A stretch of DNA of 64,000 nt, taken from contig JACVGT010000031.1 of assembly GCA_018992685.1 (NCBI GenBank), positions 11,631 to 75,630 on the forward strand, in the 5' to 3' direction. Source of the DNA: Theionarchaea archaeon. Lineage in GTDB: Archaea; Methanobacteriota_B; Thermococci; Methanofastidiosales; SZ-28-30. The notes beneath the pieces were generated by a model that had not been told where the DNA came from, did no database searches, and saw only the letters and a program-made list of their open reading frames with translations. This document shows, one piece after another, positions 41,473 to 52,670 of this stretch (the stretch's first letter is position 1; every line of letters starts with the position of its first letter). The translations under genes were made by a program, and so were the position numbers.

Positions 41473-41913
41473 TCAGCTTTCGCTTCGGTCTCTCTTACTC
41501 AGATATACAATATCTTCGCCTATGAGATATCCCATCCTCTGGAACAGGTTGATAGAAGGCACATTGTCATCGTATATCAGGATTCCGATAACTTCAGCAC
41601 CCCTCTTTTTGAGAGCATCCTCAGCACCCGTAATAAGCACCTGGGCAATACCCTGCCTTCGATACCCGGGGAGAACGGCCAACCTGTTGATCCAGCCCTT
41701 TCTCCCATCAAAGGTGGCAATAATACAGCCCACCAATTCACCTTCCAGGAAGGCCCCCAGGAAGAAATCAGGATTCTCTTCCATTTGTCTGCTGATTTCT
41801 TCTCTACTGTCCCTCCCTCCAGGTCTGTAGGGCAGCCCTGCCTTTTCCCACAGGGACACGAGGTGATCATAATACTCCGGAGAGAGCACTCTTATCTCAA
41901 TCATCCTGTCCAC
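41473..41913 (-). CDS. GNAT acetyltransferase (YpeA-like)
   Basis: DGRKGWINRLAV.P.YRRQGIA. Confidence 0.9.
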   Translation of the reverse strand: MDRMIEIRVLSPEYYDHLVSLWEKAGLPYRPGGRDSREEISRQMEENPDFFLGAFLEGELVGCIIATFDGRKGWINRLAVLPGYRRQGIAQVLITGAEDALKKRGAEVIGILIYDDNVPSINLFQRMGYLIGEDIVYLSKRDRSES

Positions 41914-41979
41914 TGTCAGGTATACCTTTAAAAATATTCACATGCATGATGAGAAAACGAGCTCCTAGCAGGTGATCTC

Positions 41980-42723
41980 ATGGATGTTGAGAGGATTGTT
42001 GGATTTCTGGATGAGTATTTGAAGACAAAGGAAATCGAAGACGACTGCAACAATGGACTGCAGGTAGAATGTGATGCTGAAATCAAAAAGGTTGGATTCT
42101 CTGTAGACGCTTCAATGGAATTATTCAAGCGGGGGAAGAAAGAAGGTTGTCAATTGCTCATTGTCCACCACGGGTTGATATGGGGAGGGATATCCTATAT
42201 AAGGGGGGTTCAGTACAGGAGAATTAGAGAATTGATTGAGAATACCATGGGACTCTATGCAGCTCATCTCCCCCTGGATGTACACCCAGAAGTGGGCAAT
42301 ACTGCTGTCCTTGCACGGTTACTGGGATTGGAGATCGTGGGGGACTTTTTCAGGTATAAGAACGTGAACCTTGGATTGCTCTGTAAGACCTGCATCAGCA
42401 GAGAAGAACTGACCATGAAGATTAACCAGGAGGTAGGAGACTGTCAGGTGCTGGAATTCGGGCCTGACCTGGTTGAGCATGTGGGTATGGTGACTGGATC
42501 TGGAACTCAAGCTCTTGATTCAGCAGTTCAAGCAGGATGTGACACGTTCATAACGGGTGAGCCAAAGCACGTGTCGTACCATCAGGCAAAGGAATCAAAG
42601 ATCAATGTCATGTATGCAGGCCACTACCAGACAGAGACGTCGGGAGTCAAAGCGCTCATGGACAAAGTGAGTGCATCATGTGAAGTGGAAACAGTATTCT
42701 GTGATATTCCCACAGGGTTCTAG
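41980..42723 (+). CDS. Nif3/DUF34 metal-binding protein
   Basis: NGLQV, HHG, HLPLD.HP, AGHY.TE. Confidence 0.95.
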   Translation: MDVERIVGFLDEYLKTKEIEDDCNNGLQVECDAEIKKVGFSVDASMELFKRGKKEGCQLLIVHHGLIWGGISYIRGVQYRRIRELIENTMGLYAAHLPLDVHPEVGNTAVLARLLGLEIVGDFFRYKNVNLGLLCKTCISREELTMKINQEVGDCQVLEFGPDLVEHVGMVTGSGTQALDSAVQAGCDTFITGEPKHVSYHQAKESKINVMYAGHYQTETSGVKALMDKVSASCEVETVFCDIPTGF

Positions 42724-42783
42724 AGGACTGCTTTCAGGGGAAAAAGGGAAAAACAGATATTAAGAAACTCTTTTCACAAATGT

Positions 42784-43236
42784 CTATGGGCGGTATTTTT
42801 CCTTCAAGATCTGTAACCATCGTGCTATGCCCTCTTTTTCTATCTGTTTGTTAGTGTCTATGATGGACTTTCTGGCTTCAGGCAGAGTTCCTTTCTGGAG
42901 GTTCCTGCAGGGAAACTGATCACATTCAAAGCAAAAGTCCACTCCTTTTCGTATGCAGCAATTCCGGGCCGGGCAGTCTGGCCACCAGGACCATCCTCCC
43001 CCGAAGCGGCATCCCTTACACGGTTCAGTTTTCGAAGCAAGCCACTCTAGCCCTTTCGTAAATTCTTCATAGTCACATGCCTCTTGTGCTTCAGCTATGA
43101 GTTTCAGTGATCCAATTCTCTCAACAAATGTCAGGAGCCTTTTTGCTGCCTCCACCACCGTCCCTTTATGATACTGACAAAGGGCACAATAGTATCTTCC
43201 ACAGTATGACACATACTGTTGTTCACCTTCCACCAT
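42784..43236 (-). CDS. DUF3795 Cys-rich protein
   Basis: CG.YC..C, CKGCR, C..RNCC, CFECDQFPC. Confidence 0.85.
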   Translation of the reverse strand: MVEGEQQYVSYCGRYYCALCQYHKGTVVEAAKRLLTFVERIGSLKLIAEAQEACDYEEFTKGLEWLASKTEPCKGCRFGGGWSWWPDCPARNCCIRKGVDFCFECDQFPCRNLQKGTLPEARKSIIDTNKQIEKEGIARWLQILKEKYRP

Positions 43237-43292
43237 TTTTTTCACCTGTCCTCACTGCAAGACAGTGCTTAAGAATGTATCCAGTTGCAGAC

Positions 43293-43895
43293 TCACCTGA
43301 TGAACCGAGCGAAGAGGCTCACCAGGAAAGGAACCAGCAGTGTAATAATAACCCCACTAATGACAGCTAACACACCCACCGTCTTAGAGGTGCACTGAAT
43401 GATGACCGGCAATGTCGTATCCATGGAAGTCGCCCCACCAGATGCCACAGGTGCCAACCGACTGATCCTGGCCAAGCCGGGACTGGTGACAACAGTCAGA
43501 ATCTCCCTGAAGATGTTGGACAGGAACGCAAGTGTCCCCAGAGCAGTGCCCACTGCCTGAGTCAGTATAATACTCGAGAGAGTGTAGTAGCCCATTCCAG
43601 AAGCAACAGCCAGTGACTCATAGATGGACATTCCCAACAGAACACTGAGTACCACCCCCCCCAGTAAACTCCCCGCAGTGATCGCCAGAGGTAATGCAAG
43701 GATTCTAACTCCCATTCTCTTCAGGTCTATCAATACTTCTTTGTTTGCTCCCACATCTATTCCCACCAGAAACAGCAAGGCAATCAACAGTAATTGCGAG
43801 ACAGAGGTCACACCTCCCAGAGCAGTCTCAGGGACGATGTTGAAGAACCCGACAAGAACTCCTATCACCAGGGCACTCACAATCATGGCTATCAT
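43293..43895 (-). CDS. LysO/DUF340 family exporter
   Basis: GMGYYTLS, NIFRE, GGATSMDTTLP. Confidence 0.9.
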   Translation of the reverse strand: MIAMIVSALVIGVLVGFFNIVPETALGGVTSVSQLLLIALLFLVGIDVGANKEVLIDLKRMGVRILALPLAITAGSLLGGVVLSVLLGMSIYESLAVASGMGYYTLSSIILTQAVGTALGTLAFLSNIFREILTVVTSPGLARISRLAPVASGGATSMDTTLPVIIQCTSKTVGVLAVISGVIITLLVPFLVSLFARFIR

Positions 43896-44161
43896 GACAT
43901 CACCCGTGCTCTCTCAATGGCCATCACCGCCAGAACACTTCCTGAAATTGTGACTACTGCAAAAAGAGCTGCATGAACGCCAATTGTGGACAGATTCTCA
44001 ATAATTGATTTGTTCATCCCAATTTGCAGTCCCATAAACAGGATCAACAGGAAGATCACTGCGGTATATCCCTTTTGAATGAGAGTCTTGTGGGATTCCT
44101 TGAGAGGGAGGATTCTCCCGATAATGATACCGCAGACTAATGAAAGAATAATGTCTATCAT
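43892..44161 (-). CDS. LysO-associated small membrane subunit
   Basis: 3 TMs, LFMGLQIG.N; ATGA overlap with the LysO gene. Confidence 0.8.
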   Translation of the reverse strand: MIDIILSLVCGIIIGRILPLKESHKTLIQKGYTAVIFLLILFMGLQIGMNKSIIENLSTIGVHAALFAVVTISGSVLAVMAIERARVMS

Positions 44162-44259
44162 AGTTATTTCTCCCTACCAGTATTTTTAAGGGTTCATATG
44201 ACGTGGTAAGGAGTGAAGCCCCTGCAAAGGTTTATCTTCTCAGTGGAAACAGTGCCCCC

Positions 44260-45461
44260 ATGATAGGTCACTTCAGAAAGACCCATTCCAGATCTGAGAA
44301 ATTCCATCGCAGGGCAGCCAGGGTCATGCCTGGTGGAGATACTAGGTCAGTCACCTACTTCGACCCCTACCCGTGTTTCATGGAGAGTGGCTCCGGATGT
44401 CGAATGTATGATGTGGATGGAAAAGAGTACCTGGATTTTCTCAATAATTATACGTCCCTCATATTGGGTCACGCTCACCCCAGAGTCGTTGCCCGAGTGT
44501 GTCATCAGATCGAGAAAGGGGCCGTCTACCCGGCGCCCACTGAGGCCCAGACGGTGCTGGCAGAGGTCCTCATCAGGAGAATTCCGTCCCTGAAGAAGAT
44601 CAGGTTTTGTAATTCAGGCACTGAAGCCAATATTCAGGCTATCAGAGCTGCAAGAGCATTTACTAAAAGGAAAAGAGTGATAAAGGTGTACCGGGGATAC
44701 CATGGCAGTTTTGACTTTGATAATTCTATTGATATTACTTTTAACGATCTGGAGAAGGCGGAGAACCTCATTAGAGAAAACAGAGATGAAGCTGCCTGCG
44801 TCATCATTGAACCTGTTTTGGGGAAGGGGATGATACCTGCCTCAAAGGATTTTCTTTCGGGGCTGAGAGAGATCACAGCTCGCTATGACATCGTGTTTAT
44901 CTTGGATGAGGTAGTGACTTTCAGACTGGCCCCTGGGGGCGTTCAGAGCCTGTACAAGATTGAACCAGATATCACTGTACTGGGGAAAATAATTGGAGGA
45001 GGGTTTCCGGTTGGAGCCTTTGGAGAAGAGAGGACCTGATGATGCAGTTCTCTCCTCAGATGGAGGCATTCGTCCCCCACTCAGGAACCTTCAATGGAAA
45101 CCCCGTCACCATGGTGGCGGGAATGGAGACAATGAAGATGCTGGATGGCCAGGCAATCAAGAAACTGAACGACATGGGAGATAGCCTGAAACGGGCTCTC
45201 ACTGATCTGCTGGACGGAAAGGCGTGCATATCCGGAATGGGGTCTCTCCTGCACTTCCAGGCTGCTGAGACACCTGCTTCGAATGCAGAGGAATTTGAAA
45301 CCCAGGACAAGGACTTTTTCAGAAGGCTGCACATTCTCATGCTGCTAAATGGGATATACATGGCGCCCAGGGGGTTATTCAACTTGTCGTTGCCCATGGG
45401 AGATGAGGAACTGGATCAATTTGTCAGATGCACCGAAAAAATCATTGATGATACTCTCTGA
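44260..45461 (+). pseudogene. Glutamate-1-semialdehyde aminomutase-like class III aminotransferase, frameshifted
   Basis: Two track ORFs join as GKIIGGGFPVGAFG[G]REDLMMQF...HSGTFNGNP if one G is restored near 45025. Confidence 0.85.
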
Positions 45462-46023
45462 GCGGAATTTAGATCTGGAATGCATATGGCTAGAGAACGA
45501 ATCAGACGTCTCACAGAACATCATGCTGCAAGCAAGAACCATATTTGCTGCGGGAATACTGATGAGATCTGGGATTTTTCTTAAACAATGTCGAAATTCA
45601 ACCTGTTACTGAGATGATTCTTTCTAAATGTGATTAAAAAGGCAGATAGTTATGATTCTGGTATTTTGAAAAAAAATTGACTATTCTTTCTGGCAAATTA
45701 TATAAGTCAAAAGCATCATCAATAATCAGGATACTCGTGATCGCATTTCTAGTCCATGAACACATAGAGGATTGTTGGAGAACTGGGTCCCGTGTGGCAA
45801 ATGAAGGAGCTTTCAACGTGTCTTTCTATAATAAGGAGATGGCTCATGATCTCCTTAACATGGACGAGGTCCTTTCAGCTCATTCCTCTGGACATATTGA
45901 GCATGGTTATGGACTTGAGCTCCCATCTATCATGTGTATTGACTTGAAATGGATGTTCATTCAAGGGAACGAGACGAGTACCATTTTTCCCACGAAAAGG
46001 AGGAATAAAAAGGAGGAATAAAT

Positions 46024-47013
46024 ATGGAGTATTCAATACTTGGAAAAACGGGAATAAGAGTGTCACGGATCTGTTTAGGAGCAATGTCTTTTGGCTGGCT
46101 GCTTACTGAAGAAGAATCCAGACCAATCATTGAAAAGGCACTGGATCTGGGAATAACCTTCTTTGACACGGCCAATGTTTACGGCAGAGGACGATCAGAG
46201 GAGATTCTTGGCTCTGTCCTGAAAGACCATCGAGAGGATGTGATCATTGCCACCAAAGTGTTCTGGTCATTCCGTCAGCCAACGGCTGCTGGACTGTCTC
46301 GACCATTCGTATTCAAGGAAGTAGCAGACTCCCTCCATAGATTACAGACAGACTACATAGATGTGTTATATGCACATAGATTCGATCCGAATACTTCTTG
46401 CGATGATATCCTCAGAACACTGAATATCTTGATAACCAAGGGAATTGTGCAGCACATTGGAGTTTCGACTTTGTTCGCATGGGAACTCGCAAAATCGTTG
46501 TGGAAAGCTGACACATTGGGACTCGAACCCTTCCAGGTGGTTCAGCCCCACTACAACCTTCTGTACCGGGAAGAGGAACGGGAGATACTCCCTCTGTGCA
46601 GAGACCAGAAGATAGCTGTCACAACCTGGGGATCTTTGGCCCGAGGCGTGCTGGCAGGTGGGTATTCACGAGCGGGGAAGCCAGCCACAGTCAGAGCACA
46701 CAAGGATGCTGAATTGATAGACCACTGGTTTACCAGGGACCAGGATTTTCAAATTGTGGATCGAGTCAAGGAATTGGCCAAAGAAAAAGACTGTTCTCCA
46801 GCCCAGATTGCTCTGGCTTGGATTCTTTCTAAACGCGAGATAACTGCCCCCATTGTTGGGATCACCAAGGTAGAGCATCTTGAAGAGGCAGTTTCCTCTC
46901 TAGATATTAGACTGTCACCGGAGAATATGGCGTATCTTGAGGAATTGTACAGGCCGCGAGAATTGACAGGACATTATAGTGGTGCTGCGATGCCCGGAGA
47001 TCCTCGGGAATAG
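46024..47013 (+). CDS. Aldo/keto reductase
   Basis: FDTANVYG..SEE, ATK, RLQTDYID, Q..YNL, AQIALAW. Confidence 0.96.
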   Translation: MEYSILGKTGIRVSRICLGAMSFGWLLTEEESRPIIEKALDLGITFFDTANVYGRGRSEEILGSVLKDHREDVIIATKVFWSFRQPTAAGLSRPFVFKEVADSLHRLQTDYIDVLYAHRFDPNTSCDDILRTLNILITKGIVQHIGVSTLFAWELAKSLWKADTLGLEPFQVVQPHYNLLYREEEREILPLCRDQKIAVTTWGSLARGVLAGGYSRAGKPATVRAHKDAELIDHWFTRDQDFQIVDRVKELAKEKDCSPAQIALAWILSKREITAPIVGITKVEHLEEAVSSLDIRLSPENMAYLEELYRPRELTGHYSGAAMPGDPRE

Positions 47014-48018
47014 GGAATTGGTCTTGGGAATGTTGTGAGGCAGGCGATCGATGTAGACCCACGACTCTCAAAAAGGAAGCAAAGACGAGTATTCCTGCGC
47101 TCGCTTAAGAAACCCTAATGATGCAGCGGAGACGAGAGTCTTTGGTCTGGCAGACCACATTTCTCCTGGAGGTGTCACGAAATCGAATCTTAAAAAAAAG
47201 TGCTCTCTTTATCTGAGAAACACATATGAACACTTGCAACTAATATCAAAGGAGACTTTGACCCTCTTTTGAGGAGTCGGAAACCTGTCTGCATCTTGAG
47301 ATGAACAATCCTCTCCCACATTTCGACTCCTCACTCGTTTTTTGGCCCTGCTCGAAGGGCGAATCAGGTTTGCAACATAGAGTGAGAAATAGGCATTCTA
47401 TGGGCCACAGAGAGAATTTTTCGAAAAAAAGAAAAAGGATGGATCCCCTGGTTCTCTTACTCTGACAGCCGTCGTGTGGACACTGGAGTCCTTCGAGCTG
47501 AGGCTGTCTGAAGACTTCCCTGCTGTCCATTGTTTTTGGCTGGAGAGGAGAGTGCGGTTAATGCCCGTGAAGATTCGCCACCAAAGGTACCAGTGACGAC
47601 AACGCCTCATTTGCCACCAGTTAAGGTCTCCTTTTCCTCCAGGGCCTGTGAGTTCTTACCATTTGAAGACGATTTCCTGATCCTACTCCAGACTCAGCCA
47701 GTTGTCTCTTTGGATCCAAGAAAGAAACAACTATCTTCAGGCGGCCCCGAGTATTCTTAAGACTTTCTGATCTTCAGCTTGTAGATTTTTTTAAGTTTTA
47801 TAATTAATAGCAGAGAAAGGGTTTCCCAAGATATTATGGCTCAAAATTTTACATTCATTCAGGATTTTCCTCTCTTAGGGGGATTGCGGGCCGATATATC
47901 TTTGCCCTAAAGTCAGTGTAGTCTCATCCGAAAGATTTATAAGGAGTTGATAAGAATATTACTAATATGTGAGAATGATCTCACAAAATGGAACAATATG
48001 AAAAGGGAGTGAGTATTG

Positions 48019-48984
48019 ATGTCCATAACTGAGAGAGACAGGAGGAGACATTACCGCGCGATCTACGAGCTTTTCTGGTCAGAGAATTCTCGAATCCACT
48101 TGAAAGACATTGCAACAAGGATCAGAGTCAATCCCCGCACTGCGCGTCGAAGAATGGAGGAGGCTCTTGGCCAAGGATATGTTGCAAGGCCCCAGCTTAG
48201 AAAGCGTTCATACAAGAATATGAAAGAATATGTTTGCTTCTTCAATTGTGAAAATCCCACAGAGGCATTCCTGGATCTTGATCAAGACGGAGCTATTATT
48301 TACCGTGCACGAATGGCAGGATTTGCAAGTTTGTGGATCAATTCAACACGGAGTATTACTGTTGATGGCACTCCTGTGATTAAGGGGTTCCGTTCGGATT
48401 ATCACGTATCATATGCACCAAACAGATCTTGGGAGAAGGCAGTAGAAATCATCCGGAAAAAGATTGAGTCTTTTCAGCCAGAACTTTACGAACCTGCCTC
48501 GTACATTAGTACCCGCTGGGACAGGGCTATCCGGTGGGACAAGGAAGATGAGCAGCTATTCAGGTATTTCGAGAATGACCTGAGGAAAATCTTTCTGCCT
48601 GTCATGAAGAAACACCTAATCAGTACAGGGAAAATATATCAATTCCTGGGGAGACTTCCTCAAAGCTGCACTGTGGTGAACAGTTACTTTCCAGAGGGAA
48701 TCTCAGCATACGATCCCTACCTTTTCGTTTTTGGGACTGAATACGAAGATTTCGTTGTTGACCTGTTTTCTCAGCTCCCTACCTCAGTCTTCTTTTTCAA
48801 GGTCTCAGATATGCTGTTTTTCCTTGCACGCGTACGAAAGAATATGATGAGAGGCGAAGACCTTGGTACTTCCAGCACGCGTCAGTTGCCCATCCCGAGA
48901 TTGATCAGTGAACTTCTCAGGAAGGGGATTATCGAAAGTGAGGAACATGCTGTGGTTGAGTATCACTGGACAAAGGATCTATAG
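48019..48984 (+). CDS. N-terminal winged-HTH protein, Lrp-like architecture
   Basis: RIHLKDIATRIRVNPRTARRRM HTH; a second degenerate HTH near the middle. Confidence 0.65.
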   Translation: MSITERDRRRHYRAIYELFWSENSRIHLKDIATRIRVNPRTARRRMEEALGQGYVARPQLRKRSYKNMKEYVCFFNCENPTEAFLDLDQDGAIIYRARMAGFASLWINSTRSITVDGTPVIKGFRSDYHVSYAPNRSWEKAVEIIRKKIESFQPELYEPASYISTRWDRAIRWDKEDEQLFRYFENDLRKIFLPVMKKHLISTGKIYQFLGRLPQSCTVVNSYFPEGISAYDPYLFVFGTEYEDFVVDLFSQLPTSVFFFKVSDMLFFLARVRKNMMRGEDLGTSSTRQLPIPRLISELLRKGIIESEEHAVVEYHWTKDL

Positions 48985-49140
48985 AGGTCGGAATTCACTA
49001 GTCGTCGTGGCACGTGTACTACAGACTAGTTCAGGCACATGGATGTGGGCTGCAGCTGAACAGGGGATAGCATCATTATGTGAATATTTATAAATATCAC
49101 TCATGAAATGCTGAAAACCGCAGGATTGGTGGAAAAACCC

Positions 49141-49740
49141 ATGACAGAACAGACGATAGTAAGAGTTCTAGAGGATCCGAGGCAAATAGAACTGTTTGAC
49201 GATCCTCCCTATGCCCGTATTCTGGTCATCTTACGGAATGGAGAACTCAATATAAAGGAGATACACAGACGCTTCAACAGGAATTATGAGGACAAGAAGG
49301 CCCTCTCTTCTATCTATAGATATATCGAAAAGCTGACTGAACTAGACCTGGTCTATGTGAGCAAAGAGGTGAGAAAAAGGAGACATCTCACCGAGAGTTA
49401 CTACTCGAGAACTGGAAAATTCTTCGTCTTTAGCGACAAGGATATTCTCAAGGCAACGGCTGGTCTGTTCTCACAGGTGTATGATCTGGACGAAGAGAAG
49501 GAGCAGGAGCTTGAAAAACTCCTTCTTGAATATGACAAGAAGAGGTTACGGCTTGATGGGGACTTTTACAGGGACTATTCGCAGATGTTGCTTGAGACGG
49601 AGAAGGAATATGGATTCAAAATACTTGCAGAGGCAATCTGTATCATGCGTCAGATCCTCTATCCCAGAAAATATCCCGAATTAGGAAAGAATATATTTGA
49701 ATTCCTTGAGAATGCAAAGGGTCCCTCAGTGGTGAAGTAG
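49141..49740 (+). CDS. ArsR-like winged-HTH regulator
   Basis: RILVILR.GELNIKEIH...SSIYRYIEKL..LDLV...YY.RT; alternative start at 49108. Confidence 0.75.
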   Translation: MTEQTIVRVLEDPRQIELFDDPPYARILVILRNGELNIKEIHRRFNRNYEDKKALSSIYRYIEKLTELDLVYVSKEVRKRRHLTESYYSRTGKFFVFSDKDILKATAGLFSQVYDLDEEKEQELEKLLLEYDKKRLRLDGDFYRDYSQMLLETEKEYGFKILAEAICIMRQILYPRKYPELGKNIFEFLENAKGPSVVK

Positions 49741-49990
49741 TCTCATCTCTGAGTGGTAGTCCGGATTGCTCGTGTGGCTCAGGTTTGTGAGGGCTGCTAG
49801 CCCCCTCAGTCAAAGGCTTTCATTCTCTTCTCTAATCGAATTCACAGTGGGACTCTTATGCACTCTACCTTCGTCAGTTCAGAGGAATTCGAGCTGTACA
49901 CCAAGGACTATACTGGAATTGCGTCCATCAGATGACACAGTCTGATATCCTGGTTTTAGTATTTTGAAACCAAGGAATTGCCGCTGAAAT

Positions 49991-50869
49991 TCACGAAATC
50001 CAGCTCATGATCTCGCCCTGAATTGACCACTCACCGTCTTTCTTGACCAGGAGAACATAGAACCCTGCACCGAATAACCAATCACATTGGCCCCCCAAGT
50101 ACACGAGAGCTTTGCTCATATCTGCATTGAACCCAACACGAGATAAGGTGAGAATGCCCTGCGCATCAGGATATCGTGAATAGAACTCACTCCAGCCACT
50201 GGAGTCCTTGAAAATCTCTCTGGATTCGTCTGGTTCTAGGAGGAGAACCTTCTTGCGGATATCGAAGCTATCTTCAAGGGGGTAAGATTTCCCATTCTTG
50301 TCAATGAAGTCATCGATCATTTCCTGTGTCACAGAAGGCATTTCGTCTCTCACCCATTCGAGAGCCTCTGACAAGTCACCGTAACCGAACACGCCTGTGG
50401 AGGTGTACTTTTCGATGACGATCACTTCTATTTGGTCATAGTCCCGGAAACAGGAGACAATCAGATCGAATCCTTTCTCGATCAGTGCACTGTTTACTCT
50501 GTACTCTTCAGCCAATACTTTGTCAGAGGGAGGAGGCGTAGAGGAAGGAGGAGGGCTATACCCACACGATTCAGAATTCTCCTCAATGAGATGATCAGAT
50601 ACACACTCCCCATTGAGGCAGGTCATTTTCCACAGTTCAGTTGAAATGCACGCATTGTCACATACTACGTCCCGACAGGGGTCATATCCACACATGGGTG
50701 AATTCTCTTCTACAACCCGGGCGTCAACACACTCTCCATTGATGCAAGTCTGTTTCCAAAGCGCTTCTCCCCTGCACACGTTACCGCAGGTGACATCCTC
50801 ACAGGGATTCTGCCCAATGCATGAGAGCATCAACACGATCGAGATGATGAGCCCATAGACGATTCTCAT
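49991..50869 (-). CDS. Lipoprotein-like surface protein with two tandem 6-Cys repeats
   Basis: LMLSC|IGQ lipobox-like; PC..V.C.N.C....LWK.TC.NGECV....EENS..CGY twice; Pro/Ser linker. Confidence 0.72.
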   Translation of the reverse strand: MRIVYGLIISIVLMLSCIGQNPCEDVTCGNVCRGEALWKQTCINGECVDARVVEENSPMCGYDPCRDVVCDNACISTELWKMTCLNGECVSDHLIEENSESCGYSPPPSSTPPPSDKVLAEEYRVNSALIEKGFDLIVSCFRDYDQIEVIVIEKYTSTGVFGYGDLSEALEWVRDEMPSVTQEMIDDFIDKNGKSYPLEDSFDIRKKVLLLEPDESREIFKDSSGWSEFYSRYPDAQGILTLSRVGFNADMSKALVYLGGQCDWLFGAGFYVLLVKKDGEWSIQGEIMSWIS

Positions 50870-50923
50870 GGTAACAATTTGACTCGAAATCATATAAGAG
50901 TTATGGCAAAGAGAGAAGGAAGT

Positions 50924-51676
50924 TTATCTTGCTCCCCAGACACAGTATACGCTGCTGTATTCAGATTTACCATACAGTCTTGCGTCTTTTTCCAGCTGCA
51001 ATATCTTTTTCTTGAAAGCATTTCTCAATCCATCATCTTTGATGTTGGAAATGTACATCAACATGTTTTCGATGTACTCTCCAAAGGATTCTGACAATTT
51101 CCTCTCAGAGATTTTCTCATGGGATATATCCTTAAATCCAATGTCGTGCAATGTCTCACAGATCCATTCTGGAGGCAGCTCTTCATGATGATGATCTCCA
51201 ACCAGTTCAGCCACCGCTTTGTAGACCCTCCAGGCATCCTGGGCAATTTCATCAGCTTTATTCTTCACAGCAGCTGATTCCAGAGGGTAGTAATCAATGA
51301 TCAGAAGAATGCCATCTGGTTTTAGAACTCTGAAAAACTCCTTGAAAACCTGCAGTACTTTGAATGGAGTCTCTGCGGGTATGGAGCTCACGGTAGAGTG
51401 GGAGACAATAGCATCTATTGAGGCGTCCTGCAGGAAATCCATCCTGGCAAGGTTCCCTTTAACAAACTCCACCTTTGACGACAGGTTGGCATCTTCAATT
51501 CTCTCAACTGCACTGTCAGCTGTATCCATGTCAACACTGATGACCTTCCCCTTGATTCGCTGTGCAAGTTCCAGAGTAGTATTCCCTGCGCCCGTTGCAG
51601 CATCAAGGATGTTCAAATCCTCGTTTTCAAGTTTTTGAAAGAGCTGCTCCAGCACACTGACTACTTTTTCTTTCAT
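50924..51676 (-). CDS. Class I SAM-dependent methyltransferase
   Basis: ILDAATGAG, RVLKPDG. Confidence 0.9.
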   Translation of the reverse strand: MKEKVVSVLEQLFQKLENEDLNILDAATGAGNTTLELAQRIKGKVISVDMDTADSAVERIEDANLSSKVEFVKGNLARMDFLQDASIDAIVSHSTVSSIPAETPFKVLQVFKEFFRVLKPDGILLIIDYYPLESAAVKNKADEIAQDAWRVYKAVAELVGDHHHEELPPEWICETLHDIGFKDISHEKISERKLSESFGEYIENMLMYISNIKDDGLRNAFKKKILQLEKDARLYGKSEYSSVYCVWGAR

Positions 51677-51787
51677 CTTCTCACCACCTGTATTCCGGTT
51701 TCACATGAGGAGTGTTTCCTTGTGAGAACGCTCCACAGACTCCACTGGAACAGTTCTGGATTCACTTCTATACGGCTACATTCATGT

Positions 51788-52204
51788 TCATTCAAGTAAC
51801 TCTTTCATTCTTTTGAGACTGGTTTCCATATTCTTTTCCATTTCCTTGGAGATTTTGATCTTGTCGAAAATCTTTCCCAGGACACCAGGGATGTCGTAGT
51901 CCATTACCATCTCAACTTCGGTTCCCTGGACAGAAGGGACGAGGTTCCAGGAGCCTGAAGCAACGAAGTCTCCCATTGATTTCCATACGATTTTCTCGTT
52001 TTCGATGTTTTCAACCATTTCTGTGTCAAACTCCATGGCTCTCCCTGCCATTTCCAATGTCCAATGAGCTGTTGTGTCCCCCGTCATCTTGATGTTTTTG
52101 GCACCTTCCATGAACTTCGTGTAGCCTTCAATGTCAGAGCAAAGAGCATAGACTTTCTCAATTGACGCCCTGATTTCTGATTTTTTCTCAATTCTGGCCA
52201 ACAT
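51788..52204 (-). CDS. SRPBCC/START family protein
   Basis: EIRASIEKVY...HW...KIVWKS...GTEV...Y; GGAGGTGG SD. Confidence 0.87.
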   Translation of the reverse strand: MLARIEKKSEIRASIEKVYALCSDIEGYTKFMEGAKNIKMTGDTTAHWTLEMAGRAMEFDTEMVENIENEKIVWKSMGDFVASGSWNLVPSVQGTEVEMVMDYDIPGVLGKIFDKIKISKEMEKNMETSLKRMKELLE

Positions 52205-52670
52205 ACCACCTCCTCTTCTGTAGATTCTCACCTTCTGTTAAAAAAAGGTTACTGCGAGCTTCTCCATCTGTCTCGCAGGGACACGGGATTCAACAGAATG
52301 TCACTTTTCAATTGACTAGAGATGTCACAATCATGCCACATAATAACATACTCATGAGATTGTAGCAGGGTATTACAACGATTGGACGGCTGCGGCCTCC
52401 GAACTACTCTGCATTCACTGTATGAAAGGCAGACAGAGATCTCTTTCTTCTGCATAAGTGGCAGTTACTTATAAGTTTTTGGTTTTTCTTTTAGAAGTTC
52501 TCAGCTTGCTGAATGAGAACCTTTCTACGCTAAATCATCAGATTGGATCGATCACGTCGTTCTTGACATTGATCCTGGCATTGATGAGAGAGATCAGCCA
52601 TATTTCTAGAGATATCAATCCCAAATCGGCATTCTCAACAGGTTTCAGTTCCTACACTTCGAGTTTTCTA

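Noticed and set aside
47013-48015. Short ORFs in a 1-kb gap
   Set aside because: They have no recognisable motifs or SD and look like non-coding or heavily decayed sequence.
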